A DNA stretch of 64,000 nucleotides. Source: Alphaproteobacteria bacterium. Its GTDB lineage: Bacteria; Pseudomonadota; Alphaproteobacteria; GCA-2731375. The stretch lies in assembly GCA_965232515.1 (NCBI GenBank), contig CBDDPY010000002.1:2080001-2144000 (forward strand), read 5' to 3'. Positions 49,577 to 59,154 of this stretch are shown in pieces. Each line of letters starts with the position of its first letter. The first letter of the stretch is position 1. The notes below the pieces were generated by a model. The model did not search any database. It had not been told where the DNA came from and was given only the letters and a program-made list of their open reading frames with translations. A program made the position numbers and the translations under genes.

Positions 49577-49625
49577 TGCAGGGCTGCATAGTCCTTATGC
49601 GGTTTCTCGGGTTCCGGTCCAGCGG
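49577..49625 (+). promoter_or_regulatory. globin-upstream conserved motif, copy B
   Basis: Homologous to 37105-37153; lies in the LysR/globin divergent region. Confidence 0.7.
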
Positions 49626-49716
49626 CCCTGCCGGTAATTGATTATGCAATCGTCGCGACGCGCTGGGCGACCCCGGTGGCGGCGCGCGGAATCTCAAATG
49701 ACGGAGGCGTCATCCG

Positions 49717-50133
49717 ATGGCGCTCAGCAACGACGAAATCGCACTGATCCGCAGCAGCTTCCGCGCGGTTACGCTGAACACGGAACAGGCCGCGGACCGC
49801 CTCTACCGCATCCTGTTCGAGATCGCGCCCGATGTCCGCGACATGTTCCTGCGCGACATGCAGCCCCAGGGCGCCATGCTGATGAGCAAGCTCGGGCTCG
49901 TCGTCTCGGAGCTGCAGAACCTGGAGGCGCTGGCGCCGATGCTGGAGGACCTGGCGCTGCGCCATGTCGCCTATGGCGTCAAGCCCGAGCACTATCCGGC
50001 CCTCGGCGAGGCGCTGTTGCGCATGCTCGCCGACACGCTCGGCGACGACTTCACGGACGAAACCCGTGCCGCCTGGGCCAAGGCCTACGACGAGCTCGCG
50101 ACGCTGATGATCGGCAGCGCCTACCGCGATTGA
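49717..50133 (+). CDS. single-domain globin
   Basis: LYRILFEIAPDVRDMF, LALRHVAYGVKPEHY..LGEALL. Confidence 0.92.
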   Translation: MALSNDEIALIRSSFRAVTLNTEQAADRLYRILFEIAPDVRDMFLRDMQPQGAMLMSKLGLVVSELQNLEALAPMLEDLALRHVAYGVKPEHYPALGEALLRMLADTLGDDFTDETRAAWAKAYDELATLMIGSAYRD

Positions 50134-50697
50134 GCGACATGTTGCCCGAGCTCGCCCCATCCCACTCCCCCGCCGAAGAACTCGGCTTGACGAAGAAACG
50201 TCTGCGACTTCCGCCGTTTGTCATCGACCCGGAAACCTCGGACTGAAGGAACCTGTAATGAAAGTACCCGCGTTTCCGGCCGCCACCTCGGCGGCCGGCC
50301 CGTTACACGGCATCGAAGGCGCGACCGACAAGTTCTCGGTCTCGGTCGAGATCACATTCGGCGCTGCCGTCCGCAGCGACGCCGGCGATCTCGACATCTT
50401 CCCGGCCCGCCAGCGCGGCCCCGCGTAGACACGGCACGGACGAAATCGGGTTAGGCAGGCCACCCCCACCTCGACCTGGTCTGCCGATACCCGGGGGAAG
50501 GGCCGGCGTCTGGGGCCCTTCCCCATCCACCGCCCATCAATCCGAACGGCGGCGTGAACGCAATCGCCGAATTCTCAAAGCGCCGTCGAGGATTCCTCGC
50601 TGCCGTCGAGGTCGCCGGCATGCCACGTAGTGAACCGCAACCCGGCGCCATCGGCCGGCGCCAGGCACGCGCAATCCGGATCAGGAGGATCCGAATA

Positions 50698-51351
50698 ATG
50701 TCTTTTCCAGAACGCCCAGGGCATCTCGCGGCTGCCGTCATCGCCGTCTGTGTCGGCGTGATGTCCGGCACGGCGTCGGCGGCGGCAGTTCTGAACGTCG
50801 TCGGCGGACAGCTGACGGGCGCCCAGAACGTCCAGATCGGCAACGCGCTCTACGATGTGCAGTTCGTCGACGACAGCTGCATCAACATCTTCAACGGCTG
50901 CGACGACGTCTCGGACTTCGACTTCGACAATGCCGTGGACGCCGTCGCCGCCGGCCAGGCCCTGTTGGACCAGGTACTGCTCGACGGGCCCGAGGGCCCG
51001 TTCGACTCGGACCCGACGGCGACGTCGGGCTGCGCCGATGCCTTCAATTGCTTCGTCTTTATTCCCTACGACATCGACAACTCGGAACCGCTCTTCAGCA
51101 TCCCGTCCGCCTTCGCCCGCAACTTCGCCGACGGCGGCCCGAATGTCGATGACGCCGGTACCGTCCTGGGCGCGATCCCGTCTCAGAACCAGGCCGGCAG
51201 CCCGCTGATCGTCTGGGGCGTGTTCACGAAAACATCCGAGATCCCGACCCCGGGCGCGTTCTGGCTCTTCGTCGCCGCGCTGACGGCGCTCGCCATCGGC
51301 CGCCGCCGGTCGGCATTTACCACCCGACAAACCGTATCCATGAGGACCTAA
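50698..51351 (+). CDS. PEP-CTERM-like exported protein (triplet copy 1, IPTPG)
   Basis: Signal peptide; IPTPGAFWLFVAALTALAIGRRR; RBS AGGAGG. Confidence 0.82.
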   Translation: MSFPERPGHLAAAVIAVCVGVMSGTASAAAVLNVVGGQLTGAQNVQIGNALYDVQFVDDSCINIFNGCDDVSDFDFDNAVDAVAAGQALLDQVLLDGPEGPFDSDPTATSGCADAFNCFVFIPYDIDNSEPLFSIPSAFARNFADGGPNVDDAGTVLGAIPSQNQAGSPLIVWGVFTKTSEIPTPGAFWLFVAALTALAIGRRRSAFTTRQTVSMRT

Positions 51352-51355
51352 CGCC

Positions 51356-52006
51356 ATGCGTATGCCAAATCCCCCATCGCTTCTTGCCGCCGCCGTCATT
51401 GCCGCGTCTGTTGGCATGTCGTCTGTCTCGGCATCTGCCGCCGCCATCCTGGACGTCATCGGCGGCCAGCTCGTCGGCGCCCGGGACGTTCTGGTCGGCG
51501 ACACGCTCTACAACGTCCAGTTCACCGAGGGCAGCTGCGTCAGTGCCTTCGACGGCTGCGACGCGGTATCGGACTTTCCGTTCGAAAATGCCGACGGTGC
51601 CCTCGAAGCCGCGCAGGCGCTGCTCGATCAGGTGTTCCTTGACGGACCACTGGGTCTGTTCGACACCGAAACGTTCACGATAGCGGGCTGCAGCAGCGAT
51701 TTCCTCTGCGATGCGTACATTCCCTTTGAGGTCGGCGACGGCGGCGCCTTCAGCGTGCGGTCCGCGTTCGCCCGGAACCATTTGCTGGAAACGGACGACA
51801 GCACGTTCACCATCATCGGCGTCACGCCTTGGGGACCATTCACGGAATTCGACACCGCCGTCCTCGCCGTCTTCTCGCCCGCCCGCACCGCCGACGTCCC
51901 GGCCCCGGGCGCGTTCTGGCTGTTCTGCGTCGGGCTCGCCGGCCTCGCCATCGCCCGCCGCCGGCCGGCATTTGCTACCCGACAAACCGTATTGAAGAGG
52001 ACCTGA
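51356..52006 (+). CDS. PEP-CTERM-like exported protein (triplet copy 2, VPAPG)
   Basis: Paralog of neighbours; VPAPGAFWLFCVGLAGLAIARRR. Confidence 0.85.
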   Translation: MRMPNPPSLLAAAVIAASVGMSSVSASAAAILDVIGGQLVGARDVLVGDTLYNVQFTEGSCVSAFDGCDAVSDFPFENADGALEAAQALLDQVFLDGPLGLFDTETFTIAGCSSDFLCDAYIPFEVGDGGAFSVRSAFARNHLLETDDSTFTIIGVTPWGPFTEFDTAVLAVFSPARTADVPAPGAFWLFCVGLAGLAIARRRPAFATRQTVLKRT

Positions 52007-52010
52007 CGCC

Positions 52011-52643
52011 ATGCGTATGCCAATTCCCCCATCGCTTCTTGCCGCCACCGTCGTTGCCGCGTCTGTTGGCATGTCGGCTGTCTCGGCATCTGCCGCCGCC
52101 ATCCTGGACGTCATCGGCGGTCAGCTCGTCGGCGCCCGGGACGTCCTGGTCGGCGACACGCTCTACAACGTCCAGTTCAACGACGGCAGTTGCGTCGACG
52201 TCTTCGACGGCTGCGACGCGGTGTCGGACTTCGCGTTCGACAATAGCGACGATGCCGTCGACGCCGCGCAGGCGCTGCTCGATCAGGTCTTCATCGACGG
52301 ACCCGCCGGTCTGTTCGACACGGAGCCGTTCGCGATAACGGGATGCAGCAGTGGTTTCCTCTGCCGGGCCTTCATTCCCTATGAGGTCGACGGCGGCGGC
52401 CTCTTCAGCGTGCCGTCCGCCTTCGCCCAGAACCACATCGACGAAGCTATGGACGGCCCCTTCACCATCAGCGGCATCGTGCCTTTGCAACCATTCACGG
52501 ATTTCGACAACGCCGTCCTCGCCGTGTTCTCGCCCGCCCGAACCGTCGACGTTGCGGCGCCGGGCGCGCTCTGGCTGTTCGGCGTCGGCCTTGCCGGGCT
52601 TGCCGTTGTCCGCCGGCGTCCCTCGACATCGCGCGGAGCGTGA
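52011..52643 (+). CDS. PEP-CTERM-like exported protein (triplet copy 3, VAAPG)
   Basis: Paralog; VAAPGALWLFGVGLAGLAVVRRR. Confidence 0.82.
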   Translation: MRMPIPPSLLAATVVAASVGMSAVSASAAAILDVIGGQLVGARDVLVGDTLYNVQFNDGSCVDVFDGCDAVSDFAFDNSDDAVDAAQALLDQVFIDGPAGLFDTEPFAITGCSSGFLCRAFIPYEVDGGGLFSVPSAFAQNHIDEAMDGPFTISGIVPLQPFTDFDNAVLAVFSPARTVDVAAPGALWLFGVGLAGLAVVRRRPSTSRGA

Positions 52644-52759
52644 CTTCGTCACATACATCCGGCCGCTCTCATCTGAAAAAGCAACGCAACGACGGCCGGA
52701 CGGCGCCGGACAGGCGCCGTCCCGTCGGAACCTGTTACCCGCGTTTGCCAGAGGAGAGC

Positions 52760-53425
52760 ATGCAGATGGACACCGCCCAATCGACCGCCGCGCCGGCGAT
52801 GCCGCAACTGAACCGGCCCGCGCCGGCCTTCGACGCCAACACCACGGACGGCCGCAGAACGCTTGCCGACTACAAGGGCCGTTGGTTGGTCCTGTTCTCG
52901 CACCCCGCCGATTTCACGCCGGTCTGCACGACCGAGTTCATCGCCTTCGCCCAGGCCCATGATAAGTTCCAGGCCCTGAACTGCGATCTGCTCGGCCTGT
53001 CCATCGACAGCACCTTCGCCCACGTCGCCTGGATCCGGAACATCAAGGAGAAGTTCGGCGTCGCCATCCCCTTCCCGATCATCGAGGATCTGTCGATGAA
53101 GGTGGCAAGCGCCTACGGCATGATCCAGCCCGGCGCCAGCGATACCTCGGCGGTACGCGCGACCTTCGTCATCGATCCCGAGGGCGTGCTGCGCGCCATG
53201 GTCTACTACCCCATGAGCAACGGCCGCTCGGTCGACGAATTCCTGCGGCTGCTGACCGCGCTGCAGACCGCCGACGCGCACGGCGTCGCCACGCCGGAGA
53301 GCTGGCGGCCGGGCGAGAAAGTGATCGTGCCGCCGCCGCAGACGGCCGACGCGGCCGAGGCGCGGCAGGGCGAAGGCTACGACTACACCGACTGGTACTT
53401 CTGCAAAAAAGACATCGCCGCCTAG
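52760..53425 (+). CDS. peroxiredoxin (Prx6 class)
   Basis: LFSHPADFTPVCTTE, YYP..NGR, ATPE.W.PG, C-terminal WYFC. Confidence 0.93.
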   Translation: MQMDTAQSTAAPAMPQLNRPAPAFDANTTDGRRTLADYKGRWLVLFSHPADFTPVCTTEFIAFAQAHDKFQALNCDLLGLSIDSTFAHVAWIRNIKEKFGVAIPFPIIEDLSMKVASAYGMIQPGASDTSAVRATFVIDPEGVLRAMVYYPMSNGRSVDEFLRLLTALQTADAHGVATPESWRPGEKVIVPPPQTADAAEARQGEGYDYTDWYFCKKDIAA

Positions 53426-53437
53426 GGGCCGCGCGAC

Positions 53438-54025
53438 ATGCGCCGAATTTCCCTTGCGCTCGCCGCGGCGCTCGCGCTCGCGCTGGCGACATCCGCCGGC
53501 GCGGCGCCCGAGCCGGCGGACCCAAAACGACAGACCACCTGGCGCCTCTATCTCGACGCCAGGGAGGCCTACGACATGAAGATGGCGCGCGGCGACGAGG
53601 TGCTGTTCGTCGACGTTCGCGATCCCATCGAGATCATGTTCACCGGCTTCACGCACGTCGTCGACGTCAACGTGCCGTTCCTCATCGCCGATCGCGACAG
53701 CTGGCATCCGACGAAGCCGAACTTCGCGATGCGGCAGAACCCCGATTTCGAGTCCGGCATCGCCCAGGCGCTGGCGGCCCGCGGCCTGACCAAGGACGCG
53801 CCCGTCATCCTCATGTGCCGATCCGGCGGCGCCCGCGGCGCGCCCTCGGCGATGGCGCTCGCGGGCAAGGATTACGCCCAGGTCTACGTCGTCGTCGACG
53901 GCTTCGAAGGCGGCGCCGTGAAGGACGGCCCGCGAAAGAACTGGCGGCTGAAGGAGGGCTGGAAGAACGCCGGCCTGCCGTGGAGCTACAAGCTCGATCG
54001 CCGGAAAATGTACTTCGCCAACTAA
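53438..54025 (+). CDS. exported rhodanese-domain sulfurtransferase
   Basis: Signal peptide; FVDVRDP.E, MCRSG active loop, DGFEG, GWKNAGLPW. Confidence 0.9.
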   Translation: MRRISLALAAALALALATSAGAAPEPADPKRQTTWRLYLDAREAYDMKMARGDEVLFVDVRDPIEIMFTGFTHVVDVNVPFLIADRDSWHPTKPNFAMRQNPDFESGIAQALAARGLTKDAPVILMCRSGGARGAPSAMALAGKDYAQVYVVVDGFEGGAVKDGPRKNWRLKEGWKNAGLPWSYKLDRRKMYFAN

Positions 54026-54069
54026 TCGGCGTGTCCCACCCGCCGATCGTCGTCAGGAGAGTTCACGCA

Positions 54070-54504
54070 ATGAAACATCTGTTGTTGGCCATCGTGCTGG
54101 CCGCCATCACCGCCGCCGGCCTCGGCCCCGCCATCGCCAGCGACGACGATGACGATCTCTTTGTCGTCGTGACCTCGCCCGACCCGCAAACCCAGGCCAT
54201 GGCCATGGTGCTGTCGATACAGGCCCGCAAGCGGGGCGCCGGCGTGAACATGCTGCTGTGCGGTCCGGGCGGCGACATCGCCCTGAAGGACGCGCCGCAG
54301 ACAGTGCTGAAACCGCGCGGCGCGACGCCGCAGGGCCTGCTGAAGACATTGATCGACACAGGCGTGCAACCGCAGGTCTGCGCGCTCTACCTGCCCAACA
54401 AGGGCAAGTCGCCCGCCGACCTCATCGACGGCATCAGCGTCGCCAAGCCGCCGGCCATCGCCGCCGCCCTGCTGGCCGACGACGTCAGGCTGTTCACCTT
54501 CTAA
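54070..54504 (+). CDS. exported DsrE/DsrF-like protein
   Basis: Signal peptide; LLCGPGG.IA and VCALYLPN. Confidence 0.72.
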   Translation: MKHLLLAIVLAAITAAGLGPAIASDDDDDLFVVVTSPDPQTQAMAMVLSIQARKRGAGVNMLLCGPGGDIALKDAPQTVLKPRGATPQGLLKTLIDTGVQPQVCALYLPNKGKSPADLIDGISVAKPPAIAAALLADDVRLFTF

Positions 54505-54625
54505 ACGTCGCCGTGGCCGGCCGGCGCGTCCGGTCGTCCGCGGCGGCTCGCCGCCCTGCCGGTTAAAGAAATCTTTGCCGGCGGGCGGCTAGGCTCGGCC
54601 GCCCGACCGGAGTGCCGACGCGCCG

Positions 54626-55927
54626 ATGCAAACGCTTCACCATGTGCTGCGCCTCAGACGGCTGATGTTCCGCCTCGCGCTGACCATCAGCCTGTTGACG
54701 GCCTTGGCGATTCCGACCGGGTTCTTCCTGGTCACCTATCTCGCCAAGCAATCGGCGCTCTATTTCAAGGCGCGGCTGAACGCCGACCGGTTGGCCCGGC
54801 ATGCCGTGGTCGCCGGTCCGCCCTGGCACCAGGACCCGGACCGGCTGATCGAGCTGATCAGCTTTACCAGCGACCCGCGGGACCGAGCGCTGCAGACCGT
54901 GCGCCGGGCCTCGGGCGCCGTCGCGCTGCTGACCGGGCCGCAGCTCGACGCGCCGACCATGACCGGCACCGCCGACATCGTCGCCGCCGGCGAGCGCATC
55001 GGCGAGCTCGAGATCATGGTCAGCCTGCGGCCGATCCTGATGCAGACCTCGGTCGTGGCGATTTTCGCCCTGCTCCTCGCCGCCGCCATTCACGCCGTCC
55101 TGCACCTGGTGCCGGTGCGTGTCCTGAACGACACGCTCGCCCGCCTGCAGCAGGCGCTGACCGAGGCCAAGACCGCGAGCCGGACCAAGTCCGAGTTCCT
55201 CGCCAACATCAGCCACGAGCTGCGCACGCCGCTGAACGCCATCATCGGCTTCTCCGAGATTCTGGAGGGCCAGATGCTGGGCCAGCTCGGCCACCCGAAG
55301 TATCGGGATTACGTGCGCGACATCAACGAGAGCGGCACCCACCTGCTCGCCATCATCAACGACATCCTCGATTTGTCGAAGGTCGAGGCCGGCAAGCTGA
55401 CGCTCAACCGCGAGCCCACCGAAGCCGAGCCGCTGATGGACGCCTGCCTGCGGCTGGTCGAGCCGCGCGCCCGCGACGCCGGCGTCGATCTCGAGATGAC
55501 GTCGCCGCCCGACGGGCCGCTGCCGCCGCTCGATGTCGACCCGATCCGCACCAAGCAGATCCTGCTCAACCTGCTGTCGAACGCCGTCAAGTTCACCCCC
55601 CGTGGCGGCACGGTCCAGCTGACCGTCGAGCATCGCGCCGCCGACATGCTGGCGCTCAGCATCCGCGACACCGGCATTGGCATGACGCCGGCCGAGGCCG
55701 AACAGGCGTTGCTGCCGTTTGCCCAGGTCGACGGCACCCACACCCGTCAGTACGAGGGCACCGGCCTCGGCCTGCCGCTGGCGAAGGCGCTAACCGAGAT
55801 GCATGGCGGCGCGCTCCGCATCGACAGCGTGCCCGATCGCGGCACCACCGTGACGGTCCTGCTGCCGGTCCACCAGGTCGACGCCGTGGCGCCATCAGCG
55901 CCGGCCGCCGCCGACCGCGCCGCCTGA
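54626..55927 (+). CDS. membrane sensor histidine kinase (PleC/DivJ-like H-box)
   Basis: Two TMs; [45 protein letters not shown]. Confidence 0.94.
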   Translation: MQTLHHVLRLRRLMFRLALTISLLTALAIPTGFFLVTYLAKQSALYFKARLNADRLARHAVVAGPPWHQDPDRLIELISFTSDPRDRALQTVRRASGAVALLTGPQLDAPTMTGTADIVAAGERIGELEIMVSLRPILMQTSVVAIFALLLAAAIHAVLHLVPVRVLNDTLARLQQALTEAKTASRTKSEFLANISHELRTPLNAIIGFSEILEGQMLGQLGHPKYRDYVRDINESGTHLLAIINDILDLSKVEAGKLTLNREPTEAEPLMDACLRLVEPRARDAGVDLEMTSPPDGPLPPLDVDPIRTKQILLNLLSNAVKFTPRGGTVQLTVEHRAADMLALSIRDTGIGMTPAEAEQALLPFAQVDGTHTRQYEGTGLGLPLAKALTEMHGGALRIDSVPDRGTTVTVLLPVHQVDAVAPSAPAAADRAA

Positions 55928-55988
55928 TTTTTTCGCCCAAAATCTCGAATTAGGAAATTTTCGTCACAGGGCGGTGGCGTCATTGAGC

Positions 55989-56033
55989 AATATGCGACAT
56001 ATTTCTTGCTGACGTCAGAATATGCACTATAAT
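55989..56033 (+). promoter_or_regulatory. box operon promoter with candidate operator
   Basis: AATATG-CGA-CATATT palindrome, TTGCTG-N16-TATAAT, TGCAC abutting the -10. Confidence 0.55.
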
Positions 56034-56064
56034 TCCGGTCATGGGGATGCGAATGGGGCGCGAC

Positions 56065-57696
56065 ATGATCGATTTTCAGACCGAACCGGGGCGTTACAAG
56101 CACTGGAAGTTTCACATCGACGGCCGCGTGGCGACGCTCGCCATGGACGTGGCCGAGGATGGCGGGCTGCGCGACGACTACGAGATGAAGCTGAACTCCT
56201 ACGATCTCGGCGTCGATATCGAGCTCTACGACGCCGTGCAGCGGCTGCGTTTCGAGCATCCCGAGGTCGGCTGCGTCGTCCTCACCTCGGCCAAGGACCG
56301 CGTCTTCTGCGCCGGCGCCAACATCCGCATGCTGGCCGGCGCGACGCACGACCACAAAGTCAATTTCTGCAAGTTCACCAACGAAACCCGCGCCAGCATT
56401 GAGGATGCGACGGCCCATTCCGGCCAGCGCTATATCTGCGCCGTCAACGGCCCGTGCGCCGGCGGCGGCTACGAGCTGGCGCTCGCCTGCGACCACATCA
56501 TCCTCGCCGACGACGGCTCAACCTCGGTGGCGCTGCCGGAAGTGCCGCTGCTCGCCGTGCTGCCCGGCACCGGCGGCCTCACCCGCCTCACCGACAAGCG
56601 TCGCGTGCGCCGCGACCGCTGCGACTTCTTCTGCACGTTGGAGGAAGGCATCCGCGGCAAGCGCGCCGTCGACTGGCGCCTCGTCGACGAGCTGATCCCC
56701 CGCTCGAAATGGGGCGATGGCGTACGCGCCCGGGCCGAGGAGATCGCCGCGACAAGCCCTCGCCCCGCCGACGCCGAAGGCGTGCAACTGACGCCGCTCA
56801 CGCGCGAGATCGCCGGCGACCGCATTAGCTACGATACACTCAGCGTCGAGATCGATCGCGCGCTGCGCACCGCCGAGATCACCGTGCGCGCGCCGACGAC
56901 GGCGCCGGATGTCGCGCAAGGCGCGGCGTTCTGGCCGCTGAAGCTTGCGCGCGAGCTCGACGACGCCATCCTGCACTTGCGCCTGAACGAGACCGAAATC
57001 GGCACCTGGCTGTTGAAGACCGAGGGCGATCCAGCGTCGGTGCTCGCCTACGACGAAGTGCTCGCCGGCAACGCCGACGACTGGTTCGTCGCCGAAGTCA
57101 CCCACTATCTGAAGCGCGTGCTGAAGCGCCTCGACGTCAGCGCGCGCACGATCTTCGCGCTGATCGAACCCGGCAGCTGCTTCGTCGGTACGCTGTTCGA
57201 ACTGGCGCTTGCCGCCGACCGCAGCTACATGCTTGACGGCCAGTTCGAGGGCGACAACCGGCCGCCGGCCAAGGTCGTGCTCTCGGCCATGAACGACGGC
57301 CCCTACCCCATGCCGAACGGCCTGACGCGCATCGCCAGCCGTTTCCTCGACGACGATGGTGCGCAGGCCGCTGCCCGCGAAGCCATTGGCGCGGAACTGG
57401 AAGCGCCCGACGCCGAGGCGCTCGGCCTGATTACGTTTGCGCCCGACGACATCGACTGGGAAGACGAGGTCCGCATCGCCATCGAGGAGCGCGCGGCCTT
57501 CTCGCCCGACGCGCTCACCGGCATGGAGGCGAGCCTGCGTTTCGGCGGGCCCGAGACCATGGAAACCAAGATCTTCGCCCGGCTCTCGGCCTGGCAGAAC
57601 TGGATCTTCCAGCGACCCAACGCCGTCGGCGAGGCGGGCGCGCTCAGCGTCTACGGCACCGGCAAACGTCACGACTTCGACTTGAAAAGGGCTTGA
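56065..57696 (+). CDS. boxC: 2,3-epoxybenzoyl-CoA dihydrolase (benzoyl-CoA-dihydrodiol lyase)
   Basis: YEMKLNSYDLGVDIEL, HKVNFCKFTNETR, ETMETKIFARLSAWQNWIF. Confidence 0.96.
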   Translation: MIDFQTEPGRYKHWKFHIDGRVATLAMDVAEDGGLRDDYEMKLNSYDLGVDIELYDAVQRLRFEHPEVGCVVLTSAKDRVFCAGANIRMLAGATHDHKVNFCKFTNETRASIEDATAHSGQRYICAVNGPCAGGGYELALACDHIILADDGSTSVALPEVPLLAVLPGTGGLTRLTDKRRVRRDRCDFFCTLEEGIRGKRAVDWRLVDELIPRSKWGDGVRARAEEIAATSPRPADAEGVQLTPLTREIAGDRISYDTLSVEIDRALRTAEITVRAPTTAPDVAQGAAFWPLKLARELDDAILHLRLNETEIGTWLLKTEGDPASVLAYDEVLAGNADDWFVAEVTHYLKRVLKRLDVSARTIFALIEPGSCFVGTLFELALAADRSYMLDGQFEGDNRPPAKVVLSAMNDGPYPMPNGLTRIASRFLDDDGAQAAAREAIGAELEAPDAEALGLITFAPDDIDWEDEVRIAIEERAAFSPDALTGMEASLRFGGPETMETKIFARLSAWQNWIFQRPNAVGEAGALSVYGTGKRHDFDLKRA

Positions 57697-57701
57697 AGCC
57701 A

Positions 57702-59114
57702 ATGGCCATCGACTATCAGGACCGCATCCCCAACAACGTCGACCTCTCGGACAACCGCCGCCTGCAGCGCGCGCTGGAAGGCTGGCAGCCGGCCTATCTC
57801 GACTGGTGGGGCGACCGCGGGCCGACCGAGTTCCAGGGCTATGACGTCTACCTGCGCACGGCCGTCAGCGTCGAGCCCGGCGGCTGGGCCAACTACGGCT
57901 ACGTGAAGATGCCGGACTACCGTTGGGGCATCTTCCTCGCCGACCCCGAGGAAGACCGCCGCATCGGCTTCGGCGACCATATGGGCGAGCCGGCCTGGCA
58001 GGACGTGCCGGGCGAGTATCGTGGCGTACTGCGCCGGTTGATCGTGACGCAGGGCGACACCGAGCCGGCGTCCGTCGAGCAGCAGCGTCACCTCGGCGCC
58101 ACCTGCCCCTCGCTCTACGACCTGCGGAACCTGTTCCAGGTCAACGTCGAGGAAGGCCGCCACCTCTGGGCCATGGTCTACCTGCTGCAGGCCTATTTCG
58201 GCCGCGACGGCCGCGAGGAGGCCGACATGCTGCTTGAGCGCTCGTCCGGCGACGAGGACAAGCCGCGAATCTTGGGGGCCTTCAACGAGAAGACGCCGGA
58301 CTGGCTGTCCTTCTACATGTTCACCTTCTTCACCGACCGCGACGGCAAGTTCCAGCTCGCGAGCCTGGCCGAATCCGGCTTCGATCCGCTGTCGCGCACC
58401 TGCCGCTTCATGCTGACCGAAGAGGCCCACCACATGTTCGTCGGCGAGACCGGCGTCGGCCGCGTTGTCCAGCGCACCTGCGAGCTGATGCGCGAGCACG
58501 ACACCGAGGACGTGCGCCCGCACGGCGGCGTGCCGCTGTCGCTGCTGCAGAAGTATCTCAACTTCCACTTCTCGGTCTCGCTCGACCTGTTCGGCTCCGA
58601 GCTGTCGACCAACGCCGCCAATTACTACACCATGGGCATCAAGGGCCGGTTCCAGGAGGACAAGCGGAAAGACGACCACAAGCTGGTGCACGCCACTTAC
58701 CCGATCCTCGAATGCCGTGACGGCCGCTTCGAATCCGTCGACGAGCCAGCGCTGACAACCGTCAACGAGGCGCTGCGCGACGACTACATCGCCGACTGCC
58801 AGCGCGGCGTGAACCGCTGGAACAAGGTGATTGCCGATGCCGGTATCGACGTGACGCTGACCCTGCCGCACCGCGCCTTCCACCGCGCCATCGGCAGCTT
58901 CGCCGACATCACCGTCACCCCCGACGGCAAGCTGATCGCCCGCGAGGATTGGGAAGCCAACCGCGACAACTGGCTGCCCACCGCCGAAGACGAAGCCTTC
59001 GTCGCCAGCCTCATGCACCAAGTCGTCGAGCCCGGCAAATACGCCGCCTGGATCGCCCCACCCGCCCGCGGCATCAACAACCAACCGATCGACTTCGAGT
59101 ATGTGAGGATGTGA
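57702..59114 (+). CDS. boxB: benzoyl-CoA 2,3-epoxidase oxygenase subunit
   Basis: IPNNVDL, TQGDTEPASVEQQ, diiron EEGRH and EEAHH. Confidence 0.96.
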   Translation: MAIDYQDRIPNNVDLSDNRRLQRALEGWQPAYLDWWGDRGPTEFQGYDVYLRTAVSVEPGGWANYGYVKMPDYRWGIFLADPEEDRRIGFGDHMGEPAWQDVPGEYRGVLRRLIVTQGDTEPASVEQQRHLGATCPSLYDLRNLFQVNVEEGRHLWAMVYLLQAYFGRDGREEADMLLERSSGDEDKPRILGAFNEKTPDWLSFYMFTFFTDRDGKFQLASLAESGFDPLSRTCRFMLTEEAHHMFVGETGVGRVVQRTCELMREHDTEDVRPHGGVPLSLLQKYLNFHFSVSLDLFGSELSTNAANYYTMGIKGRFQEDKRKDDHKLVHATYPILECRDGRFESVDEPALTTVNEALRDDYIADCQRGVNRWNKVIADAGIDVTLTLPHRAFHRAIGSFADITVTPDGKLIAREDWEANRDNWLPTAEDEAFVASLMHQVVEPGKYAAWIAPPARGINNQPIDFEYVRM

Positions 59115-59154
59115 CAGCACACGGCGAAGGCAGCAACTATCGACGGCCATTCAA

